This document shows positions 18,123 to 26,646 of a DNA stretch of 64,000 bases, one piece after another (positions within the stretch are counted from its first letter, which is position 1; every line of letters begins with the position of its first letter). This DNA is from Candidatus Multivoradales bacterium (GTDB lineage: Bacteria > Acidobacteriota > Thermoanaerobaculia > Multivoradales > JAHEKO01). A program made the position numbers and the translations under genes. The notes beneath the pieces were generated by a model, which was given only the letters and a program-made list of their open reading frames with translations, was not told the DNA's origin and searched no databases. The DNA lies in assembly GCA_965223155.1 (NCBI GenBank), contig CBDCVR010000013.1:1-64000 (forward strand), given 5' to 3'.

Positions 18123-20089
18123 CCTACGCCGTCAGCTATCTGGGCCAGGGGCTGGTCCTGGCCGCGCTCCTGGTGTGCGTGATCGGGGTGCCGGTGGGCT
18201 ACCTGGCCGGTGCACGGCGCTCGCTCGAAGGGCTGGCGCTTGCCCGCAGGCTGGCTTGGCTCTACTTCGGCGCGATGACCGCCGCCACCCTGGTCATGGA
18301 GTACGCCCTGCTCCGCCACGATTTCTCGGTTTCCTACGTGGCCAACGTCGGTTCCCGGGCGACGCCGCCCTGGATATCGATCGTCTCGCTCTGGTCGTCG
18401 CTCGAGGGCTCGATCCTGTTCTGGGGTTTCGTCCTGGCGGCGTTTACCCTGGCGGTGGCCGTGCTCCAGCGTCGCGGTCACGAGGACTACCTGGCCTATA
18501 CGCTGGCGACGCTGTTCGTGATCGGCGTTTTCTTCACCTTCCTGATCTCGGGTCCAGCCAACCCGTTCGCGCCGACGCCGGCGCCGATCCCGGCCGACGG
18601 CCCGGGACCGAATGCCCTGCTCCAAAATCACGCGCTCATGATCATCCATCCGCCGATGCTCTATTTGGGCTACGTCGGCATGTCGGTGCCGTTCGCGATG
18701 GCGGTGGCGGCGCTGTTGCGCGGCCAGCTCGGCGCGACCTGGCTCCTGCCGCTCCGCAACTGGCTCCTGGTTCCGACCGCCTTCCTGTCGCTCGGCATCA
18801 TGCTCGGCGGCTGGTGGTCGTACGAGGTCCTGGGGTGGGGCGGCTACTGGGCCTGGGATCCGGTCGAGAACGCCTCGTTCCTGCCCTGGCTGACCGCGAT
18901 CGCCGCCGTCCACTCGGCTCTGGTGCTGCAACGCCGCGGCTCGCTCAAGGCCTGGACCACGATCCTGGTGCTGGTGACCTTCCTGCTGACGATCCTGGGA
19001 ACCTTCTTGACGCGTTCCGGCGTGGTCAACTCGGTGCACTCGTTCACCCAGAGCCCGATCGGTCCGATGTTTCTGGGTTTTCTGGGCGCCTGTCTGGTGG
19101 CGGTCGTGGTTCTCCTGGCCTTGCGTATCGATAAGCTCGCCGCCGAGCCCAAGGAAGACTCCCTGCGCACGCGCGAGGGGGCCTTCCTGCTCAACAACCT
19201 GCTGTTGGTGAGCCTCACCTTCACGGTGCTGGTGGGGACCCTGTTTCCGATCGTGGCCGAGGCGGTGCGGGGCGTGAAGCTGAGCGTGGGCGAGCCCTAC
19301 TACAACCGACTCTCGGTGCCGGTGTTTCTGGGACTTCTGTTGCTTCTGGGACTCGGGCCCGCGCTGCCCTGGGGACGCACCGAGCCGGGCGTGGTGCGCC
19401 GCTCGTTGCTGCGGCCGCTGCCGGCGGCGCTCGCGGCCCTGGTTCTGGCGTTGGTACTGGGCGCGCGCGATCCCTATCTTCTGGCCACCTCGGCCTTTGC
19501 CGGCTACGCCCTGTGGGTGACCTTCGAGCGGGGCGGCGAGCCGCTCCGGCGCCGGCGGCGTTCGAGCCGGAAGGGCGGAAGCCCCTGGAGTTGGCTGCGC
19601 TCGTCGCGCATTCTGGGAGCCTTCATCGCCCACCTCGGCGTCATCGTCACCTTCGTGGCGATCGCCATCTCGGCCTCCTACCAGCAGCAAACGGAAGCCA
19701 CGGTTCGGCCCGGCGAGATCGTGCGCCTGGGCGCCTACGAGCTCACCTTCCAAGGGGTGCGAGCCGACCGCGAGCCGCATCGCGTCGCCCAGAAGGCTTC
19801 GGTGCTGGTGAGCCGCGGCGAGCGCCCGGTGACGACTCTCGAGCCGGCGCTCAACCACTACGCCACCATGCGCGAGCCGATCGGGACGCCGGACGTGCGC
19901 ACCGCCCTCGGGCACGATCTTTACCTGACTCTCATGAGCGTCGAGGGCGACGGCTCGGTCGGCCTCAAGGCCATCGTCACGCCGGCGGTCTTGTGGATCT
20001 GGATCGGGGTCTTCATCATCGTGGCCGGGACGCTGTTTTGCCTCGTGACGCGGCGGATCGAGCTGCCGGCGCAGGCGGGGGCTTCCTAG
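18119..20089 (+). CDS. ccmF: Cytochrome c heme lyase CcmF
   Basis: DFSVSYV, IHPPMLYLGY, WGGYWAWDPVENAS, TRSG..SVHSF. Confidence 0.95.
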   Translation: MTYAVSYLGQGLVLAALLVCVIGVPVGYLAGARRSLEGLALARRLAWLYFGAMTAATLVMEYALLRHDFSVSYVANVGSRATPPWISIVSLWSSLEGSILFWGFVLAAFTLAVAVLQRRGHEDYLAYTLATLFVIGVFFTFLISGPANPFAPTPAPIPADGPGPNALLQNHALMIIHPPMLYLGYVGMSVPFAMAVAALLRGQLGATWLLPLRNWLLVPTAFLSLGIMLGGWWSYEVLGWGGYWAWDPVENASFLPWLTAIAAVHSALVLQRRGSLKAWTTILVLVTFLLTILGTFLTRSGVVNSVHSFTQSPIGPMFLGFLGACLVAVVVLLALRIDKLAAEPKEDSLRTREGAFLLNNLLLVSLTFTVLVGTLFPIVAEAVRGVKLSVGEPYYNRLSVPVFLGLLLLLGLGPALPWGRTEPGVVRRSLLRPLPAALAALVLALVLGARDPYLLATSAFAGYALWVTFERGGEPLRRRRRSSRKGGSPWSWLRSSRILGAFIAHLGVIVTFVAIAISASYQQQTEATVRPGEIVRLGAYELTFQGVRADREPHRVAQKASVLVSRGERPVTTLEPALNHYATMREPIGTPDVRTALGHDLYLTLMSVEGDGSVGLKAIVTPAVLWIWIGVFIIVAGTLFCLVTRRIELPAQAGAS

Positions 20090-20135
20090 AGGACAAGGCG
20101 AGGCCCGGCCGCCGGGCGAGACACCGGAAAGAGAC

Positions 20136-20648
20136 ATGAATCGAACCGTCCTGATCGTGGGTGCCGCCATCGTCGCGCCGCTCCTGGTGCTGCTGGCGGT
20201 TTCCTTTCGTTTCAACCCACGCGAGATCCCGTCGCCGCTGGTCGGCACCCAGGCGCCGCCCTTCGTCCTCGAAGACCTGAACGGCGCGATGGTCGATCTC
20301 AACGCACTGCGCGGCAAACCCGTGGTCCTCAACTTCTGGGCCACCTGGTGCCAGCCGTGCGTGGTCGAGCACCCGGTGTTGCGCGAGGCCGCGTTCCGCT
20401 ATCGGGATCGGGCCGCGTTTCTCGGCATCATCTATCAGGACGAGCCCGAGGCCATCGCCCGGTTCCTGATCGAGCGGGGCGAATGGGGGCCGGCGTTGGT
20501 GGACCCGGGCAGCCGCACGGCGATCTCCTATGGCGTCTACGGGGCGCCCGAGACCTTCATCCTCGACCGCGATGGCGTGATCGTCGAGAAAGTCACCGGC
20601 ATTCTTTCGCCGCAATCGATCGATCGGCTGTTGGGGCCCCTGCTGTGA
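20136..20648 (+). CDS. ccmG: Thiol:disulfide oxidoreductase CcmG/DsbE
   Basis: LNFWATWCQPC, YGAPETF. Confidence 0.9.
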   Translation: MNRTVLIVGAAIVAPLLVLLAVSFRFNPREIPSPLVGTQAPPFVLEDLNGAMVDLNALRGKPVVLNFWATWCQPCVVEHPVLREAAFRYRDRAAFLGIIYQDEPEAIARFLIERGEWGPALVDPGSRTAISYGVYGAPETFILDRDGVIVEKVTGILSPQSIDRLLGPLL

Positions 20649-21340
20649 GACGGGGCGTGAGCGGGACTGTCAGCCGGCCGAGACGACGAGTGAAGCGGCT
20701 CCGAGGGCTGGCGCTTGCGGCCTTCTTGCTGACGCCTCTCGTCACCGCCGCCGTCGTGACGGCCCAGGACCTGACTCCGGAAACGACTCCGGCCCCGGAC
20801 AACCTGACGGCCCCCGAGTCCGCTCGGCTCCTGATCGGCGACGCAGAAGGCCGGCCCCTGGTGGGCGCCGAGCTGGAGGCCGTAACCGAAGACGTGGCGT
20901 CGCGCATGCGTTGTCCGGTCTGCCAGGGGTTGTCGGTGGCCGACTCGCCGACGCCGACCGCCCTGGCGATGCGCGAGGAGGTTCGGGATCTCTTGGCCGC
21001 CGGCTACGACCGGGACCAGGTGATGGCCTTCTTCGAACGGTCCTACGGCGAATTCATCCGGCTCGAGCCGAAGCCCGAGGGCTTCAACCTACTGGCCTGG
21101 ATCCTGCCCGTGCTGGCGCTGGTGGCCGGTGCTTTGGCGCTCTTCGGCCGGCGCGGGCGCGGCGCGGCGGGAGTCCCCGCCGAGCGGGAGGACGACGGTT
21201 CGAGCCAGGACGGTTCGATCCGAGACGGGTCGACCCGAGACGGCGCGGACGCCCCCGAATCCGAAGGCCTCCCCGGAGCCGGGATCGACCCGGACCTCGA
21301 GCCCTACCTCGAGCGGGTTCGCCGGGAGGTCGGAGCGTGA
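20645..21340 (+). CDS. ccmH: Cytochrome c biogenesis protein CcmH
   Basis: MRCPVCQGLSVADS, YGEFI; start uncertain (GTG 20645 overlapping the ccmG stop, or 20690). Confidence 0.85.
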   Translation: MRRGVSGTVSRPRRRVKRLRGLALAAFLLTPLVTAAVVTAQDLTPETTPAPDNLTAPESARLLIGDAEGRPLVGAELEAVTEDVASRMRCPVCQGLSVADSPTPTALAMREEVRDLLAAGYDRDQVMAFFERSYGEFIRLEPKPEGFNLLAWILPVLALVAGALALFGRRGRGAAGVPAEREDDGSSQDGSIRDGSTRDGADAPESEGLPGAGIDPDLEPYLERVRREVGA

Positions 21341-22815
21341 CGGGCGGACTCTGGCTTCCCAGCCTGGTCATCCTGGCCGCCGGCGCGCTGGTGGGCTGGT
21401 ACCTGAGCCGGCGCCTGGCTGGGGCAGCCGGCGGGCACGGCGGGTCGCGGCGCAAGACCGCCGAATCGGACACGGCGCCGGCGGACGCCCTGGCGACCGC
21501 CGATTTCCTGCATCTGCGCGATGAGCTCTACGGACGGCTGCGCGCGCCCGACCTCGACGCCGCCGAGCGGCGGCGCCTGGAGATCCGGGCGGCGAAGGTT
21601 CTCAAGGCTCTCGACGAGGCGGGCGCCCTGGATCGGCCGGTGGAGCAGGGCGGGCGAGGCGCGGACAAGGCGGACTCCGCGAGTCGGAAGCCCACCGGTC
21701 CGCCCGCTGCCCCGGACTCGCGGCGAGAGCCCGCGCCTGTCCACTCCGGCGCCCGGCACGCCCTGGGCGGCTTCGTCCTGGGCGGTGGCCTCGTGGCCTT
21801 GATCGCGGTTCTTATCTTCTGGGCGGGCCGGGATGCGCAGCCGCGACCGGCCGACCCGGGTATTGCGCCGATGGCGACGGGCTCCGGCGAGGGCCCGGCG
21901 CACCCGGAGGCGAGCCTGCCGCCCGAGGTTCAAGCCGAGGCCGAGAGCCTGCTCGCGGCGATCGAGGCCAACCCCGAAGACCTCGGGCCACGCAAGCGCC
22001 TGGCCTTGCTCTACCTCGCCAGCGACCAGTACGTGCCGGCCTTTCAGGAAGCGCGGGCGATCCAAGAGATCGCTCCGGACGACATCGATGCCATCTACGT
22101 CGAGGGCGTCGTGCGCATGACCATGGGGCAAGACCAGGAAGCGGCCGCCAGGCTCGATCGCGTGCTCGAGCTCTTTCCAGGCCACGTTCGCGCCATGACC
22201 GTCAAAGGCATCGTCCTGGCGCGCTCTGGAGATCTCGCCGGCGCTCGCTCGCTGTGGGAGACCGCCCTCGAGATCGGCGGCCCGCGGCCGGAGGTCCAGA
22301 ACCTGATCGCGATGCTGGACGCTCAGGAGGCCGGCGAGCTGCCGGCCGATCATCCCCAGGTCGCGGGCCAGGCGCCGCCCGCCGCCAATACCGGTGGCGG
22401 CAGAGATGGCGCCGGCGCCGGGCCTGGAGAGCCGATGCTTCGGGCAGGCTCGGCCGGAGACGTCGGCGAGACCGACGCCGTGGGACCGCGCGGCGCGGCC
22501 GGCTATCCCCTAGAGCTGCGCTGGAGCGGCGACGTGCCCGACGGCAGCGTGGTCTTCCTGGCCCTTCGAGGTGCCGCCGGCGGGCCGTCGATCGCGGTGC
22601 GCAGGATCGTGGATCCGCGCTTTCCGCTCCGGGCGATTCTGAGCTCGGCCGACAGCATGATGGGCGCCGAGCTGCCCGAGCAAGGCTTGCTCTCGGCCCG
22701 GCTGGACACCGACGGCAGTGCTTCGACCCGCGACCCCGGCGATCTGGCCGCCACGGCCGAGGTCGAGCTCGGCCGGCGGAGCGTTCTCGAGCTCGCGCCC
22801 GAAGCCAACCCGTAG
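21337..22815 (+). CDS. ccmI: CcmI/CycH-like TPR protein
   Basis: Two N-terminal TMs, TPR-like helices, C-terminal AVRR..FPL..LSSADSMMG..SARLD domain; GTGA overlap with ccmH. Confidence 0.75.
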   Translation: MTGGLWLPSLVILAAGALVGWYLSRRLAGAAGGHGGSRRKTAESDTAPADALATADFLHLRDELYGRLRAPDLDAAERRRLEIRAAKVLKALDEAGALDRPVEQGGRGADKADSASRKPTGPPAAPDSRREPAPVHSGARHALGGFVLGGGLVALIAVLIFWAGRDAQPRPADPGIAPMATGSGEGPAHPEASLPPEVQAEAESLLAAIEANPEDLGPRKRLALLYLASDQYVPAFQEARAIQEIAPDDIDAIYVEGVVRMTMGQDQEAAARLDRVLELFPGHVRAMTVKGIVLARSGDLAGARSLWETALEIGGPRPEVQNLIAMLDAQEAGELPADHPQVAGQAPPAANTGGGRDGAGAGPGEPMLRAGSAGDVGETDAVGPRGAAGYPLELRWSGDVPDGSVVFLALRGAAGGPSIAVRRIVDPRFPLRAILSSADSMMGAELPEQGLLSARLDTDGSASTRDPGDLAATAEVELGRRSVLELAPEANP

Positions 22816-23032
22816 CGCTTCAGCCCGGAACCTCGCTGGGAGTTAGTGGCTCGGCGCCCGAATCTGGTCCGACCCTGACTTGAACCTGGTCCCTGGCTCA
22901 GATGATGGCCCAGAGCTTGCCTCCCGGGCTGTCACCTGCCGAGCGAGACGATACGCGCCGGGACCTTCGACCGGCGAGAGCGGTCGTGGAACGGCACTGT
23001 GAGAGGATCGCCGCGTTCCCTGGAGACGTGTC

Positions 23033-23929
23033 GTGATGGTTATTGAAGCAGTCGCCCGAGTCCAACACTGTCGACTCCGTTTTCTGCCCGCGCCGGCTCG
23101 AAGCCGAGTTCTCGTTGCCGCGATGGCCGGGTTGCTTCTGACGGCGCCGAGCCTCCACGCCGACGAGGCCGCGCTCAATCAACATTGGGGTGGCGCCTGG
23201 GCGCTGACCAAGGCTGAGACTTCATCGGACTGCGCGGACCGGTACACCGACAACGAGGTTCGGGACGGGCGCATCACCTCGAAGGGCGCCCATCGCTTCG
23301 CTCCCGGCGAGCTGGTCCGGGTGGCTCGGATCGATGTCCACCGCAAGCAGATCGAGGTCTTCCTGGACGTGGCGGAGGCCCTGTTGGTCTCCCATCGGGA
23401 CGGACCGTTCACCCTCTTCGATGAGCGCCGGTGCAAGATCGAGCTCGAGATCCGGCTGCCGTCGAGCGGCCGGACGGATGCCGTTATCAACGCGGCGATC
23501 GAAGCCGTCCTGGATCGGTTCGGTGCCTCCGGGGAGGCGCTTGCCTCGGATTCCTGGAATGGCCGTGAGCGGGAGCCCTATCCCGAGGACTACGAGGCGA
23601 CGCTGGCCGAGTACGAGGTTTGGAAACTCGAACAGGTCAACTCCGCCGTAGCCGAGCGCATCGAAGACTCGATCGACGAAGCCCGCAGGATCCTGGACCG
23701 CCTGGACGACGACGCCGTATTCCTAGCCGGCTTCGCCGAAGGCATCGAAGACGCCCGCCGCCGCACCTGGCGGCGTGACTGCGAGGACCTCATCGATCTC
23801 CGGGAATCCAGCTTCTCGGAACGTCCGCCCTCGGGTCACAGCGACGACTGGGACGAAGGCTTCGACGAAGGCCAGGAACTCGTCTTCCACGTGGAGCTCG
23901 CCGACCGGCTCCACGACTGCTTCCGCTAG
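23033..23929 (+). CDS. Hypothetical secreted protein
   Basis: Signal-like LLLTAPSLHA; host-like codon use; true start may be ~23123. Confidence 0.65.
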   Translation: MMVIEAVARVQHCRLRFLPAPARSRVLVAAMAGLLLTAPSLHADEAALNQHWGGAWALTKAETSSDCADRYTDNEVRDGRITSKGAHRFAPGELVRVARIDVHRKQIEVFLDVAEALLVSHRDGPFTLFDERRCKIELEIRLPSSGRTDAVINAAIEAVLDRFGASGEALASDSWNGREREPYPEDYEATLAEYEVWKLEQVNSAVAERIEDSIDEARRILDRLDDDAVFLAGFAEGIEDARRRTWRRDCEDLIDLRESSFSERPPSGHSDDWDEGFDEGQELVFHVELADRLHDCFR

Positions 23930-23956
23930 GTTGCTCTCCGGCGGCTCAAGAACGCA

Positions 23957-24304
23957 ATGGCCGCAAACGTCGTCCTTGCGCTTGCCTTCGCCGGTAGCGC
24001 GGCGCTGGTCGCGGTTTTGGCGGTGCCGTCGATCGGCGGTCAAGTACCCAGGAATCGCTTGTATGGCGTTCGCTTCAAGAAAGCGTTCGAATCCGACGAG
24101 CACTGGTACGCGATCAACCGGTTCGGTGGCTGGCAGCTCCTGGGCTACGCGCTGTGCCTCGGAGTCCTGGCGGCTCTGCTAGCCGTCCTCCCCGGAGCGA
24201 AGCTTCAGCCCGGCACCTGGTACTTCTGGCCCGTCCTCCTCGCACCCGCTTGGCTCATCCTGCCCTGGACCTGGCGCATCGCGCGATTCTGCCGGCGTCT
24301 CTAG
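23957..24304 (+). CDS. SdpI/YhfL-family membrane protein
   Basis: PRNRLYGVRF..AFESDEHWYAINRFGG motif, three TMs. Confidence 0.75.
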   Translation: MAANVVLALAFAGSAALVAVLAVPSIGGQVPRNRLYGVRFKKAFESDEHWYAINRFGGWQLLGYALCLGVLAALLAVLPGAKLQPGTWYFWPVLLAPAWLILPWTWRIARFCRRL

Positions 24305-24316
24305 TGGCGCCCCAAT

Positions 24317-24371
24317 GCCGCCAAGAGCAGCCGCCAAGAGCCCCGCCGCCAAGAGCCCCGCCGACAAGAGC
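24317..24371. repeat. Short tandem repeat, 4x GCCG(C/A)CAAGAGC
   Basis: Copies at 24317, 24330, 24345 and 24360. Confidence 0.85.
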
Positions 24372-24586
24372 CTGGTACCTCTCGGCGCTGCAACCGGGGA
24401 GAGACCTGGTCTCGGCCCAAACTCCTGGCGAAACCGCAAGTCGAAGGTTTGCTGGTACTCGCAACCACGCCGAATGGGACCGGCCGATGCCGGGGGGCTC
24501 AGCACCTGCTCTACCGGCGCCGAACCGGGCCAGATATGGGATCGACGACGCTCTTCTACCGGTGCAGGCCGGCCAGATTGAAGTAA
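24372..24586 (+). pseudogene. 3' remnant of an Asp-box propeller gene
   Basis: Reads ..GETWSRPKLLAKPQVEGLLVLATTPNGTGRCRGAQHLLYRRRTGPDMGSTTLFYRCRPARLK*, homologous to the C-termini of the downstream copies; 5' part missing. Confidence 0.85.
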
Positions 24587-24610
24587 GGCCATTCAACAGG
24601 GGAGAACACG

Positions 24611-24937
24611 ATGGGAAATGGTGGACTCGACATAGCTTCTCGGAAGGCCGGGCCAAGGCGTTTGCATCCGCTCTTCGCGGGGCTCGTGATTCTTGCCGCC
24701 TCGGCTCTTGGACTGGTGTCCCCGGCGGCGGCGGCCAACGTCGCCCGGCCGGTGTACGACGCTCCGGACGATCTGCCGGACGACATGATGTGTGGCGATT
24801 CGGTGTCCGGGTACGTGCGGATGAAGAACAAGGGACAGCCCTGGAAGCGCCTGGCCGACGGTGGCGCCGGGCAGCGGCTGACGACGGCGGACTCTTGCCC
24901 GGTGCTAGCCTGCCTGGGACAAAGGAGGTCCGTATGA
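24611..24937 (+). CDS. Leader ORF copy L1: truncated N-terminus of the giant protein (signal peptide + partial Ig-like domain)
   Basis: First 94 aa nearly identical to 34394-34675; GGGGAG RBS; ATGA overlap with the next gene. Confidence 0.7.
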   Translation: MGNGGLDIASRKAGPRRLHPLFAGLVILAASALGLVSPAAAANVARPVYDAPDDLPDDMMCGDSVSGYVRMKNKGQPWKRLADGGAGQRLTTADSCPVLACLGQRRSV

Positions 24938-26172
24938 CCGATTGCCGAGCCCGCTGGTTGAGCGTTGGGGGTTTGTTGATGGTTTGTGTTCTGGCCTGGG
25001 GAACGTATCCCGCCGAGGCGGCCTGGACGAAGCCGCGACGCATCGGGCCGAGTGGTGGAAACCTAGTGCAGCCCGAGATCGCTGCGTCCGGTGCCTCCAT
25101 CCATGTGGTCTACCGGCCTGGGGGCGGAGGAGCAGTGCACGTGAGCAGCAGCGATTGTGGTGACACCTGGTCCGAAGTCAAGAACATACCGAGAACCATG
25201 CGCGGCAGCGGACATCAGGTCGCAGTTGTAGGTACGGTCGTGCATCTCGTCTGGACTCAATTCGAAGCGATTCGAGGCGTCGGGGGGACGCTCCAGGTCC
25301 TTTACAGACGAAGCGAGGATTCGGGAAGAACGTGGATGGCTAGGCAAAGGTTGTCGAGCACCGCGTGGCACAACGGTCTACCCTCACTCGCGGTACACGG
25401 TAACGATCTGTGGGTGGCATGGCCGCGTGGTGAAATTGTCCAGAATCGGTTTCGGGCCACGGGGGTGGTCGTCGCTCGAAGTCACAACCGAGGTCGGCGC
25501 TGGCGGCGACGTGCAGTGGTTGGGCACGCTCCCGGCGCCCGCCATCCTCGTATCGCGGTCGACCCCGATCTCCCGTCCGCGACGTCCCGACTGCATCTGG
25601 TCTGGGAACAAGAAGTTCCGGAGGAGGATCCGGAGTTCTTCAAGGAGCTCTTGCATCGCGAGAGCAGGGATGGCGGCCGTTCGTGGTCCGCTCCGGAACG
25701 CGTCAACGATCGACTTGGTCTCGAGGCGAGTGCTTTGATCGCTGTTGGAGGAGCCGCTCATGTGGCTCGACAGATCCTCCCGGGGTTTCCTAGGTCGCGA
25801 GCCGATGTCTTCTACTACCGAAAGCCTGGAGACGGAGCTTGGAGTCGGCAATGGCGTCTCAGCACACAGGATTTCGCCTCGGGTGCCAGGCTGGCAGGGG
25901 CTTCGGGCAGGCTATGGGCGGTATGGACGAATTTCTTGGGCCCCGCAGGGGGCGGCATCTCGGTACGCAGAAGTCGTAGCAACGGCGCGCGCTGGGCTCG
26001 GCCCCATGTCTTGCAGCCAGTCGAGGGTTCCTTCCCCGCGATCGCCATGCCTGTAGCCCCAGTCGGTTCATGTGCTGGGACCGCCCACCTGATCTATCAA
26101 GGCTTCGCGGAGGTGGATGGCGAGCAGGTCTTTGGGCTCGTCTACCAACGGAATCCGAGAAAGTTGCCTTAG
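24934..26172 (+). CDS. Secreted Asp-box (BNR)/sialidase-fold beta-propeller, divergent paralogue A (412 aa)
   Basis: AAGGAGG RBS; signal peptide ending AEA; Asp-boxes SSDCGDTW, SEDSGRTW, SRDGGRSW, SRSNGARW. Confidence 0.85.
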   Translation: MTDCRARWLSVGGLLMVCVLAWGTYPAEAAWTKPRRIGPSGGNLVQPEIAASGASIHVVYRPGGGGAVHVSSSDCGDTWSEVKNIPRTMRGSGHQVAVVGTVVHLVWTQFEAIRGVGGTLQVLYRRSEDSGRTWMARQRLSSTAWHNGLPSLAVHGNDLWVAWPRGEIVQNRFRATGVVVARSHNRGRRWRRRAVVGHAPGARHPRIAVDPDLPSATSRLHLVWEQEVPEEDPEFFKELLHRESRDGGRSWSAPERVNDRLGLEASALIAVGGAAHVARQILPGFPRSRADVFYYRKPGDGAWSRQWRLSTQDFASGARLAGASGRLWAVWTNFLGPAGGGISVRRSRSNGARWARPHVLQPVEGSFPAIAMPVAPVGSCAGTAHLIYQGFAEVDGEQVFGLVYQRNPRKLP

Positions 26173-26196
26173 TCGGGAACACAAGAGGAGCTTTGG

Positions 26197-26364
26197 ATGG
26201 GACCAAGCAAACGCATCGCGAACGCGGTCTTCATAGTCGGGATCACGGCGCTCATAGGCGCAGCGACTCCCACACTAGCCGCCAACAAGTCAGATGCTGT
26301 CGGCAACTCCCTCCCCTCCGAGATGATGTGTGGCGACCGTCAGGCCCTACGAAGAGCCACTTGA
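26197..26364 (+). pseudogene. Diverged leader relic (55 aa) of a second giant-protein paralogue
   Basis: GAGGAG RBS; MGPSKRIANAVFIVGITALIGAATPTLAANKSDAVGNSLPSEMMCGD.. matches the signal peptide + LPDDMMCGD pattern of the leaders. Confidence 0.6.
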
Positions 26365-26646
26365 CCTTGCGGCGTCATTTGCAATGTTTCGCCGCAAGAT
26401 CTAGGATCAATCTGCTGGTCCTCCCCTAGAGTCGGGACGCCGGGCTTGAGGCCCGGTCGAATCATGTGTAGGGAGGCTCATGTGTGGTGAGCGGAGGGAG
26501 ATGGGAACCTCATCCGATCGCGTACTGAGACAACTCGATCTGCGGCGCTCGGGCCGAACCACGGCCAGATGCGGCGGCACTGGACGGGGCTCTTCGACTC
26601 TTGGGACCTCGCCGGTCCTACCCTGCCTGGGACAAAGGAGGTCCGT

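Noticed and set aside
21193-21246. 15-bp degenerate repeats in ccmH (DGSSQ DGSIR DGSTR)
   Set aside because: In-frame low-complexity linker; not CRISPR-like.
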